Shown here: piece after piece, positions 26,855-36,600 of the stretch
Layout: the number at the start of each line of letters is the position of its first letter
Position numbering within the stretch: position 1 is the first letter of the stretch
Source of the DNA: a virus
Lineage: Duplodnaviria; Heunggongvirae; Uroviricota; Caudoviricetes
IMG/VR virus record: IMGVR_UViG_3300027608_000011
Direction: 5' to 3' (one strand)
Length of the DNA: 64,000 bases
Made by a program: the position numbers and the translations under genes
The notes under the pieces: generated by a model
The model's input: the letters and a program-made list of their open reading frames with translations, nothing else
Told to the model about the DNA's origin: nothing
Databases searched by the model: none

Positions 26855-27837
26855 TATTCATTCTCGCTACCGACACCTTTAAGTACTTGGTCTTCTTTAA
26901 TCATTGGCCCTAGTCTATTAGGATTAACGTAAGTAGCTTTGAAGAACTTACTGCCCCACTCTCCCAATTCTGCAAGTTCTAAATTTAGTTCTTGGCGCAG
27001 TGCCATTCCTAAATTAATTGTTTCTTTCTTTAACTTAGTTGTATCCCATATATAATTGCTCTTATGGCATTGTTTATCGTTGCCAGCAAATTGCGGTGCA
27101 ACAATAGAATTCCAATAGTTGTCATGCCATTCGAAATCTCTGACATTTACAAAATCAAACTCATCTCGTTTCATGTTAGTTAAGTAACATCCTAAACGTG
27201 TGCCGTACATGGCCCATTCGCCATTTAATACATCTTCGCCTACACTACACCATACCAATAATCTTTGATAATTTTTATAATGTATGTGTTCTCTAAACTT
27301 TTTAGGATTAATAGGAACTCCTCGCTGTAGTCCTAGTTTAACCCCTTCTCTAAAACCTGCCCTATAGGCTTGATAAGGAGTAGCATTGTTCATTACATCA
27401 CTGTATACATTATTCATTTGAATGTAATTAATGTTCCAACAAAAATCTACTTGAGCTTCAGCAGTATCAGAATCCTCATGACTTTTCATTTGTTCCACTA
27501 CATGCTTTGGCCAACACTTAATACCGCCATTGCCATATACTAATCCATTTACAACATTTTTGCCAGCCCAGCTTATTACATCATTTTGGCCAATTTTATT
27601 TAAATCAAGTTGTATGTTTAGAAAGTCTTCTCGTACGATATTATCAGCATCAATGGTAATAAATCTATCTGTGCTAGATAGTGCCGCGGCGGCCTTATGG
27701 CAAGCATCACTACCTTTGACCCCGTGACTTCGTTGTGCCCATGGTATTTTTGTTAGTAGGTCTGCATAATTTTCATCAGCGTTTGGTTCATCGTAACTCA
27801 TGAACACAACATCAAATTCTGTTATAGGTGTCATCAT
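26854..27837 (-). CDS. Glycosyltransferase (GT-A, GT2-like)
   Basis: DVVFMSYDEP, TIDADN, YGNGGIK, AYRAGFREG. Confidence 0.8.
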   Translation of the reverse strand: MMTPITEFDVVFMSYDEPNADENYADLLTKIPWAQRSHGVKGSDACHKAAAALSSTDRFITIDADNIVREDFLNIQLDLNKIGQNDVISWAGKNVVNGLVYGNGGIKCWPKHVVEQMKSHEDSDTAEAQVDFCWNINYIQMNNVYSDVMNNATPYQAYRAGFREGVKLGLQRGVPINPKKFREHIHYKNYQRLLVWCSVGEDVLNGEWAMYGTRLGCYLTNMKRDEFDFVNVRDFEWHDNYWNSIVAPQFAGNDKQCHKSNYIWDTTKLKKETINLGMALRQELNLELAELGEWGSKFFKATYVNPNRLGPMIKEDQVLKGVGSENE

Positions 27838-28784
27838 TCTGTGGTCCAGTTTATCTTTACTTTTGTATTATTGTATATTAGATCCATATTATCATAGGGT
27901 TTTATGTAATCCAGTGTTATGGTATCTGTTACTTTAGAATCTATTGCAAACGTACCAAAATAATAACTAGGATCGTTATGTTTAATCAAATGAACAGCTA
28001 TTGGTTCATCTAACACTTCTTTAATATTATTTGTTATAGTAACACCATTGTCTGAAAAATGCAACCGTATATGTGCGTCATCTGAATCCGTCTGGCCGGC
28101 TGTATTAATTGAGTATGTATATCCATTTGATGCAGGTGAATCTATTTGTGTACGTATCCATTCCCACGAGTACGAATCAAAATACGTTAAGGTCCATATT
28201 ACTAAATGATTCAAGTTTTCCTCAGTAACCCATGGCACTGAAAATTGTAACGTATGATTTAATAGTTCATTTAAGTTACATTGTATTGTATCATATATTT
28301 TATTTGGATCTAGCTTATCTATTATAAAAAATGTTATGTACTCTTGATCTGCTTGTATTTTCTGAAACGGTAATGCTTGTAATAAATTATCAAATATAAC
28401 ATTGTCCACAGATATTGTTAATATTTTTTTCGATAGATTGAACATTAATTTTGTTACAGCATTAGTGTCTCCATATGGCAATGCTTCTAACTTAGGTATG
28501 CGAGCTTCCAAACTCCTTAATAAGTTATCTTTTTTAAATAATTGTTTAGTTCCAGTAGAATTATCATGTGCAACAATAAAATTAAGCTCGCTGTCTGCCG
28601 ATGATAATATTTGTTTTAATAATTTATTATCATTAGATACTTTAATAAAATTATCTATATTTGGATGTTCTACTTGGATACCCGACACTATCCCGGTTTC
28701 GGTATGATACAATACATAATACTCTGTGGTAGTAACTTGCGTGGTTTCAAACAAACTTTGAAATTGCTGTAAACTCTTATGCAT
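27834..28784 (-). CDS. Hypothetical protein in glycosyltransferase operon
   Basis: Overlaps neighbours on both sides; no catalytic motif recognised. Confidence 0.75.
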   Translation of the reverse strand: MHKSLQQFQSLFETTQVTTTEYYVLYHTETGIVSGIQVEHPNIDNFIKVSNDNKLLKQILSSADSELNFIVAHDNSTGTKQLFKKDNLLRSLEARIPKLEALPYGDTNAVTKLMFNLSKKILTISVDNVIFDNLLQALPFQKIQADQEYITFFIIDKLDPNKIYDTIQCNLNELLNHTLQFSVPWVTEENLNHLVIWTLTYFDSYSWEWIRTQIDSPASNGYTYSINTAGQTDSDDAHIRLHFSDNGVTITNNIKEVLDEPIAVHLIKHNDPSYYFGTFAIDSKVTDTITLDYIKPYDNMDLIYNNTKVKINWTTE

Positions 28785-29586
28785 TGTATACCTTTATTAG
28801 TCTTTGATATATTTCGTCAGTCATCCAGGTACTAGTATAATGCCATATTCCATGTTGTATAAAATTTTCTACTTTAACTTGGCCAGAATCTAATATCCAA
28901 GAATTTAAAAATTTATACCAATTCATTTTAGCCCAGTTATAATGTATTGTGTTTTCTTCCTGCCTGCTTAACGTTGTTATATTAAATCCTTGACTAACAG
29001 ATATGTCAGATAATTTTTGGGCTAGGCATAATACAATATTAAATTTAAACTTTAAATTATCATCTATACTATATTCTGTTAAAAACTGTTCTTTAAATGT
29101 ATCCCAATACGTAATTATTCTATGTGCAAGTAAAATAAATTCTTTAAATTCATCTATATTTTTATACAGGATTGCGTTACTCCAGATATCTTTAAGGCCA
29201 TTTTTTATTATAATTTTTCTATTAGAGTATAACTGTTTTGTTATAGGCACTCCTTTGAAATCTAATAAAGTACGATTAAACACTACATTTGAATGTAGCA
29301 AGTTATCAAATAAATCTGTAATGTTTGATAAAACTAATGTGTCGCTATATAAAAATAATGTATTCGTATACGGAGTAATAATTAATGCGTCGAGTAATTC
29401 TTGTTCTACTACACCAGTCGACTTTATTGTTATAACGTTGTCAAAATATTGTTTGTCGACATCTAACCCTGTTGGTATAATTAGTGTCACTGGCAATTGG
29501 CTATTTGCTTTTGCTGTTACTGCTAATAAAATTGCCTGCTCAACACATTTAATGTTATTAGCAAATGTTATGATTCCATTAGACAT
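28777..29586 (-). CDS. GT8-like glycosyltransferase with degenerate DxD
   Basis: GIITFA, FDNVI, TPYTNTLFLYSD, WS...Y, WHY; paralog of 29579-30472. Confidence 0.65.
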   Translation of the reverse strand: MSNGIITFANNIKCVEQAILLAVTAKANSQLPVTLIIPTGLDVDKQYFDNVITIKSTGVVEQELLDALIITPYTNTLFLYSDTLVLSNITDLFDNLLHSNVVFNRTLLDFKGVPITKQLYSNRKIIIKNGLKDIWSNAILYKNIDEFKEFILLAHRIITYWDTFKEQFLTEYSIDDNLKFKFNIVLCLAQKLSDISVSQGFNITTLSRQEENTIHYNWAKMNWYKFLNSWILDSGQVKVENFIQHGIWHYTSTWMTDEIYQRLIKVYNA

Positions 29587-30472
29587 TGTATACTTCCAAT
29601 AACTTATCGTAATGCCTTAATAAGGCCATTTTATTCATCATATGAATATCCTGATCTTGCACTCTTACTACTATATCCTGGGAGGGCTTGTGATTAATGT
29701 AATGACTTAAAAATGTAAAATCATTTTTACCATTGACTTGAACAAGGTCATCCTTTTGATCCATGTAACGCATAACCTTGGGTGGTATTTCGTTAACAAA
29801 GTTCCCCTCCATCTGTCCATTCAATAAATGTATAGCTATTGCACTGGCATAGTCTGTCCTAAACATTCTGCCGGGGAATTTATACAAAAATTTATAATAG
29901 TCATAATTGTCTTTAACATGATGCCACATATTAAAAAATTGTGTGCTTTGTTCACTTTTGGTCCAGTAAATAACTGTGCTCCACCACATATCAATACCTT
30001 CAGGATGTAAGCGTTGTTCGTCGTGATGTGGTAACTCCATTCGAAGTCCTTTGGCTGTTCTAAATAATGCCAGCTCGTAATCTGTGTCAAATAGCCTATC
30101 TAATGAATTGTTTCCTAATATATAATCAACATCAATTAGTAATGTTTTGTCCCATGGAGTTAAGTTAAACACATTATGTTTATTGCCATTACTAAATTGT
30201 GTTGTAAAATTTTTATCTGGGCTGTCGTGATGTAGCCTAGTATTCTTATCGTGTGTTAATGTTTCAACTATTATTTTATCAAAGCACCTATCTATTAAAG
30301 ATTTACTTTGTGTTTTTTTTAAATGGTCGTAGGTTGATGCGTCAGTTAGTAACGCAATGTTATTATTAGTTAAATTTGTTTTAACTGATAGTGCTGTGAT
30401 GATTGCTAATTTTGTATAATCTATCTTTGCATTATTATACGCAAATAGTACTACTCCATTAGTCTGTGACAT
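29579..30472 (-). CDS. GT8-like glycosyltransferase
   Basis: GVVLFAYN, FDKII, TPWDKTLLIDVDY (DxD), WSTVIYW, FRTDYA.AIA, HMMNK. Confidence 0.75.
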   Translation of the reverse strand: MSQTNGVVLFAYNNAKIDYTKLAIITALSVKTNLTNNNIALLTDASTYDHLKKTQSKSLIDRCFDKIIVETLTHDKNTRLHHDSPDKNFTTQFSNGNKHNVFNLTPWDKTLLIDVDYILGNNSLDRLFDTDYELALFRTAKGLRMELPHHDEQRLHPEGIDMWWSTVIYWTKSEQSTQFFNMWHHVKDNYDYYKFLYKFPGRMFRTDYASAIAIHLLNGQMEGNFVNEIPPKVMRYMDQKDDLVQVNGKNDFTFLSHYINHKPSQDIVVRVQDQDIHMMNKMALLRHYDKLLEVYNV

Positions 30473-30812
30473 TTGTTAAACTCTTAACATTACGTTGTTT
30501 TTTTATTTTTTCATTCTCTATAAAAAACTCGTTCATAGCCATAGTATATGCGCTATTAAGTTTTTCCAGAAAAGTTGGCAAGTCTTTAATAAGTATTGGT
30601 GTTTCGTTGTTATCCAAAAATACCTGTTGTTCGAAATCTGAAGATATCAAATATTGAATGTAACCCATTATTTCTGGGGTAGAGGTAAAAATCCCATTAT
30701 TGTGATTTACAAGTTTTTGAATTTCAGCTCGTTGTCTGAGATTAATTTTCTGATTGGCTAATGTTAGACGATAATTACTAAAGTCTAACGCGGCCGCAAG
30801 TCTTTTGTCCAT
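30459..30812 (-). CDS. Conserved hypothetical protein leading the glycosyltransferase operon
   Basis: MDKRL.AALDFSNY..TL.NQK, LDNNETPI motifs. Confidence 0.8.
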   Translation of the reverse strand: MDKRLAAALDFSNYRLTLANQKINLRQRAEIQKLVNHNNGIFTSTPEIMGYIQYLISSDFEQQVFLDNNETPILIKDLPTFLEKLNSAYTMAMNEFFIENEKIKKQRNVKSLTNVTD

Positions 30813-30845
30813 ATGCGATATCTCTCTGTGTATTAAGTACGCAGT

Positions 30846-30851
30846 TATTTA
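30846..30851 (-). promoter_or_regulatory. Late promoter box (TAAATA) for glycosyltransferase operon
   Basis: GATAAATA on the minus strand about 35 nt upstream of ATG 30812; the same box precedes structural genes. Confidence 0.65.
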
Positions 30852-30866
30852 TCGCAATAGAATTTG

Positions 30867-31922
30867 TTAATTACCTGAAAGAGGGGTCGTGATAGCCAAA
30901 ATAGGTTTTTCTATCCTAAATTGGACTCCGCCGAAATCTATGCCGCCAGCATAACCGATGTTGTAAGATAACGTATGACGGCCATGTACTACATTACCAA
31001 TGGATCTATTGTCAATTTCTACTTTAATGTGTATTTGACGTCCATTAACAATCTTACCGAATATTCTGAGTTGTGGACAATTACCATAGCCGCCGTATCC
31101 GCCATAGCCGCCGTATCCGCCATAGCCTCCATAGCCGCCGTCGCAACAATAGGCGCCGTATTCGCCGTATCCGCCATAGCCTCCATAGCCGCCGTATCCG
31201 CCATAGCCTCCGCCCGCAGTAGACGCACATATTAATTCCTGATACGTATTAGTTAAATCGTAAAACCCTATACCTCTACTAGACGCCAATGGCCCAGTAT
31301 GTGCAGTTGTATTAACATTTAATAATGCTGTTCCCATATTATTATAGATGCTTTTCCACAAATTGTATCCGGCAAGATTGCCTGTGCCAGGCAACGATGC
31401 CTGTAAATTTATTCGTAGTTCACCGCCACTGTTAAAATAATATCTGGCTTTATTAAAGTTATCAAAAGTATATACTGCTTCACTTACCAATAAGTTACTC
31501 CACTGGTTGTGCTGACTTTGCCCCAATACCATTAAATTCCTACGTTGTGGAATTAAGTTATTTTTATTAGCGAGAACAAGATTTCCTACTGCTTCTAGTA
31601 AATTTGCTCGTTCGGCAGTTATTTTTACTCCCCTGGCAACTCTAGCTAAATTTACGTTTAATGGTAACTGTCCGGTATTCTGACCTGCAATATTAATAGA
31701 ATCTAAATTACTGTTCCATAAGGAACTAGTTATTTTTACTCCCTTGGCAACTTGTTGAATAGGAGTTTGACCCCAACCAAATTTAAGTTGTGCTTTTGTT
31801 GCAGGATTAGTTGTCGGGCCTTGATTAATTACGTATGCATCAGCCCATGCCCTATTAAAGGCCGTGGTTAATGTATTCCACCCCTGGCCCGTTATCAATT
31901 GGTGCTGTATAAATGATGGCAC
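30867..31922 (-). CDS. Probable virion (tail/baseplate) protein with Gly-Gly-Tyr repeat insertion
   Basis: Last gene of the tail operon; GWGQ, ARYYFNSGG..R, GFYDLT..YQ motifs; (GGY)n block. Confidence 0.75.
   Translation of the reverse strand: MPSFIQHQLITGQGWNTLTTAFNRAWADAYVINQGPTTNPATKAQLKFGWGQTPIQQVAKGVKITSSLWNSNLDSINIAGQNTGQLPLNVNLARVARGVKITAERANLLEAVGNLVLANKNNLIPQRRNLMVLGQSQHNQWSNLLVSEAVYTFDNFNKARYYFNSGGELRINLQASLPGTGNLAGYNLWKSIYNNMGTALLNVNTTAHTGPLASSRGIGFYDLTNTYQELICASTAGGGYGGYGGYGGYGGYGEYGAYCCDGGYGGYGGYGGYGGYGGYGNCPQLRIFGKIVNGRQIHIKVEIDNRSIGNVVHGRHTLSYNIGYAGGIDFGGVQFRIEKPILAITTPLSGN
31083..31214 (-). repeat. Coding GGY tandem repeat (9-nt unit)
   Basis: G(GGY)5-GEY-GAY-CCD-(GGY)6-G, encoded with mixed GGC/GGA and TAT/TAC codons. 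Confidence 0.97.
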
Positions 31923-31923
31923 G

Positions 31924-32979
31924 TTATTTTACTCCTACAACAGCCTCTATAGATCTTACTCCTGGATCATCACAATTAACCAATGAGCGACCTATCACTG
32001 TGTAGGGGTCTCGGGTCCACCGAGCTACTGTTGCTACTCCAGGCAAACTACTTGAAACTAATCTATCGCCTTTTTTAACAGGCCCCGTTACTAGTACTGG
32101 CACACGGCCAACTAATGCCACTGGTACTTTTGCACCATTTCGAAAGCCTGCTCCATTTAGTATGAAAGCAGGGTTTGTAGATACAACACCAAATACTGCA
32201 TCATCATTTTCAGATACAGTTTGTGTTACTTCTTCATTGCCGCCTAATTTAAGTACAGTGCCTGGCTCATAAATTGCATCAGCAGTATAATACTCTGCCA
32301 AGTCAGCAAACTCAGCTTCAATTGCAATGCCGCGGAATTTAACATCTTGTCTTATTGGTAAATTAAATCCTTTGCCAATAGTCGGAAATTGTTTACTAAC
32401 CGCATTTGGATTTATTGTAGTTTCTGTATCGTGCGGGGTATATGCGTCAGCACTCGTAACTGCCATTACTTGGCGTACATACGTTGTAGCATCGCCCGGA
32501 ACAACTTTTTCTAAGTTAAAATGAACAATTGCGTCATGATATATTCCATCTACGTCCCTAACAGTTACATACTCGATGGTATTGTTATAAGGGAACCCAA
32601 CGGGAACCCAACGGATACCATCCCAAACTGATAATTGTTTACTAGTAGGTTGGAACCAAAAGTCACCTGCACGATTGCCGTCAGCTAACGGTTCTGTGTC
32701 ACGCACATATCTATTTGCTATTTCTTTCCATACCCCACTACTATCGAATACGCTAAGTGCTTTGTTAGTTTTGTTAAACCATAACTGTCCAAATACTGGA
32801 TTTGCCGGAGGTGTGCCATACGCAAAATTTTCTAGCATTGCTACTAAATTTTCTGCCATTACTTCGCCATATCCAGCATAATTCTTACCAACTAGCCTAA
32901 TACTGGTACTTACGTCTAACGTACCGTCAGGTATACTTGTCAGTAGCGTTCCATCTGTTTTATTGACATCATATGCCAT
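31924..32979 (-). CDS. Tail fibre/spike protein with C-terminal autocleaving chaperone (peptidase G2/IMC-like)
   Basis: N-terminal LVGKNYAGYGE..AEN...LENFA anchor; C-terminal ADLAEYY, PGTVL, GVVSTNP, VALVGRVPV. Confidence 0.8.
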   Translation of the reverse strand: MAYDVNKTDGTLLTSIPDGTLDVSTSIRLVGKNYAGYGEVMAENLVAMLENFAYGTPPANPVFGQLWFNKTNKALSVFDSSGVWKEIANRYVRDTEPLADGNRAGDFWFQPTSKQLSVWDGIRWVPVGFPYNNTIEYVTVRDVDGIYHDAIVHFNLEKVVPGDATTYVRQVMAVTSADAYTPHDTETTINPNAVSKQFPTIGKGFNLPIRQDVKFRGIAIEAEFADLAEYYTADAIYEPGTVLKLGGNEEVTQTVSENDDAVFGVVSTNPAFILNGAGFRNGAKVPVALVGRVPVLVTGPVKKGDRLVSSSLPGVATVARWTRDPYTVIGRSLVNCDDPGVRSIEAVVGVK

Positions 32980-33012
32980 ATTAATTCCTCGTTATAATGT
33001 ATTTAACCAACT

Positions 33013-33642
33013 TTAAGCCACTCTAATTCGTATAGTGTAACGCACTTGCAAAAGTCTATTCAGAGATTTTTGCACAGGATGGAATGTTACGTGGGTCAGT
33101 AATAATCCTCCATTTAAACTTGTTCCTTTGCTTTTCAGGCCAATTTCATCAAAAACAAATGCGCCATTATAAGAACTTGCATTATCTAATACGTCTTGAC
33201 TTGCTCCTGCTAAGTTGAATGTTGTATCTGCCACTGCTGGCTCGTCGTAGTTAATTACGCAATTAACTATTAAATCAGTATACCCTAATCCATTAATGTG
33301 CTCGGTGGTAATAAAATTCTTTGTTGTATCAGTATTATTAGTAGTATCATCACCATCTATTACTTTATAAAACGTTGGGCTATATAAATCTTCGTTTTGA
33401 CCATTGGTATTTGCTCCTTTATACGTAATAACACCCTGAGTATCAATGACGGTGCCGCCATTGCCAAAGTGCATTTCGTACATAGTTCCTGTACTTTTAT
33501 TAGCCAAACTAAGTGCTAACGCCATACTTAAATTTTCTGGGTTAATAGCGTTTCGTTGGTTAACATATATTTTTCCGGACTCGGGGTCAGAAATATGTAA
33601 ATGTCCTTCTATTTTTAGATTTGCATATTCAATTGATAACAT
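33013..33642 (-). CDS. Structural protein (baseplate/tail-associated)
   Basis: GHLHI.D, FGNGG, FDEIGL, THVTFHPVQKSLNR; TAAATA at 33664-33669; tail operon context. Confidence 0.7.
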   Translation of the reverse strand: MLSIEYANLKIEGHLHISDPESGKIYVNQRNAINPENLSMALALSLANKSTGTMYEMHFGNGGTVIDTQGVITYKGANTNGQNEDLYSPTFYKVIDGDDTTNNTDTTKNFITTEHINGLGYTDLIVNCVINYDEPAVADTTFNLAGASQDVLDNASSYNGAFVFDEIGLKSKGTSLNGGLLLTHVTFHPVQKSLNRLLQVRYTIRIRVA

Positions 33643-33670
33643 GATTTGCCTTTTATGATTACATATTTAC

Positions 33671-36600
33671 CTAATTTAAATCGCCCTGTTCTTGGGTTAT
33701 AAATTTAGCCGCTAGTGTATTGCTTTCTTTCAGCGTTTTGCCTAGCTCATTGAAAATTACCTTAGCTCCTGAGAATTTAATGTTTCCCTGACGTTCGGTT
33801 TCTACTGGGATTGCTTGTTTTGGATCAGCATCATATACCGTTGTTCCAGCAACGTGAGTACTAATGCCAGTACCTAGCGTTCCCCTTAGCAATTTGCCTA
33901 GTCTATTTCCAATGATCTCGTAGTATTCTATACGTTCGCCGTCAATGTATATTACGCCAGGGCTCTTAAATGATATATCAACGCCGCCGAGTGCCAAGCC
34001 GTTTTCTACATCTATATATTCATCTTGCAGGTTAAAATCACTAGTCAACGTAGTTTTTCCACTATTTACTATTCTAGTAAATTTCCATTCATGGTTTAAT
34101 GATTTTAACATACGGAAACTATAGTATTCTGGAGCAGGAGATAATACAGTAACTGGCCAATGTAAATTAACTGCTACTGGAAAAATAGTTACACCCCATC
34201 CATTAAACATGTTATTGTGCATAGCGTCAGTGATTGTAAACTCGTCGTATTGGTCAGCGCCCGGAGTTCCTATTGCTCCACGTGGAACTCGCACAGTCCA
34301 TCCTGCGGTAATTCTTGTAGTCTCTGCATTTTCTTCAAATACCCATCCAGATGACATGCCACCCGGTTGTCCAGTTACTCCAGACTCTATTGTCATACTA
34401 ATTTGATTATCACCATACTTTGTTTGTACCAATAATTCTAAGTTGTCTCCGGCTTTGACTATCGCTAGTTCTTCGTCAGGATTCATTTCATCGCGTAGCA
34501 AATTAAATGCTCGACCATCAATATACGATTGTATCTGATCTGGACGTAGCCCGAATCCTGCACCGTCGTACATTGAATCTAGATATGCTTGTTCTAGTTC
34601 TGGCCTAGTAGGATCAATACCCGCTGGCGAATCCCAAGGTCTACGTTGAAAGCCTGGCTCTACTATATTAAAATCTGTTCCGTCAATAATGTTAACTAAA
34701 TTAGAGCCTTGTCCAGTTCTATCAAATTTTAAGTTGACATCTATAGTATATGAGTCTTCGGGGCTTATTGTTGTTTCATCATTTAAGTCTCGAGTATCTA
34801 ATACTTCTCGCAATTTACTTCTGTAAGGCTTTGAGTTATCTATATATTCAATAAAATTCTCAACTTTGTCTTTCTTAAATTGTGGCTCTTGCGTTAGCCC
34901 TCTAACTGTTAAGTTATCGATATGTAAATATGTACTCTTTTGTATCCAATCAACTTTATCTTGTTCACTATAAACAAAACGTATCATAGCAAAGAATAAT
35001 CTGTTATAATAGTACTGGCGTGATCCAACAAATATATCTTCTCTAAGAGCAGTTAGAATTTCATAAAATTCTTGACTAGGTTCAGGATCCCAGCGTTTAA
35101 AATCCCATGGGCCTAGATCCCATAAGTCTTGTTGCTTCTGGCTATTAAAGAGAATTTCTTTAAACTGTATAGTGCTATTTTTTCTAAATCGAAGTATTGT
35201 GGCACCTTGTATATATTCGTATATTGCATATTTTCCTATACTATCATTTTTTACTAATATATAATCAAAATCATTAATTACATTAGATAGTTGTGGAATG
35301 TCTGCCTCAGCTGTTACTCCATAGGAAATTTCTTTTTTACTGTCGTAGTTTGCGTCGACGAAATCAACTATATCATAAAATTTAGTTAACTGATAATCAT
35401 ATTCGCCTTTTGTAAAATCTCCCAAATGTTTATTCCAATCTGTGATTGACACTACGTCCATAGTCGCTAATAATTCGTTGGCCACTCTGATGAAGTTTCG
35501 TCGAGCTTCACTTCGATTCTTAATCCAGGTTTGCTGACTAGGACGAATTTGATTACCGTAGCGATTAAACTGATTTATTCTAGGGTCGGGTACGTCATTA
35601 GGCAACGGCATCTTAATTCTATTATTAGGTAATAAAATATATTCATATAACTTATAGAATGGTTGTTGACCAAATGCACGAGCTGTATCTTCTTCCGTGA
35701 AATCTCTAAATGCTCTATAGTAATAATTGTTTTGTTTTATTATATCACCGTAAGCATACTGATAATTATATTGATAATCATCAAATGATGCAATATAAGT
35801 AGTGCTATCGTAACCAACCATACTATCTCTTAAACGAATGTGTAGCCATTCTGGAATTGTTGTATTATTGTCCAACTCGCGCAGAACCATCCATTGACTA
35901 TGTAAGTTGGTGTCACTAAGATCTGTCTTAAATTTAATTTGTATAGATGTACTAGTATCATTTAAGAATTGTTGTACACCATATATAATAAATCCATACT
36001 CACTTACTGGCGAAAACCATGGTATTCCCATTGCAGTAGGATCTTTAATAATGTCTGCTAACATACTAGTCGAATATTTTCGTGACACAGTTTTGCCCGA
36101 CGGCACTACTGTTTTATCCTTGACCCAAAAATAATATTTTGTAATGCTAGACCCATCTTCAATGACATAGGTATATGTACTATAACTAGTATTTTGAACT
36201 ATGCCTGTTGGATAAACCCTAGCAACACCGGTTGGCAGTTGTCCGTCGATTAACGTTCCATTACTAACTGCTTCGTTGTATGCTACCGGGTCTACTGAGG
36301 ATTCAGTCCATTCATATATGTCAATGCTAGATCCTGTAAATAATTTACCCCAATTTTTTAATCTATAATCCAGTGTTCCTTGTTCGTACGTAACATATTT
36401 GGCCGTACTAACGTCCCACCATACTGTACCAATTTGGGCACGTTCCCAATATGCGTCAGGGTTTATTGTTACGTCAGGATCAGATGAAATTTCATATTGG
36501 GCCGGGTCTGCTGGGCTCTTAATATTAATTTCTACATTAGCTATCGATGGAATTATTCCTTTATACGGATCCCAACGTTCTATATCTAGCAGAACTCTAT

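Noticed and set aside
24094-27837. Diversity-generating retroelement suggested by similar DNA stretches
   Set aside because: The similarity reflects three glycosyltransferase paralogs; no reverse transcriptase or adenine-specific TR/VR pair is seen.
31083-31214. GC-rich short repeats as a CRISPR array, or the alternative-frame AMADTA/IAAVSA ORFs
   Set aside because: No unique spacers; the 9-nt period is explained by GGY codons, and the other frames are shadows of it.
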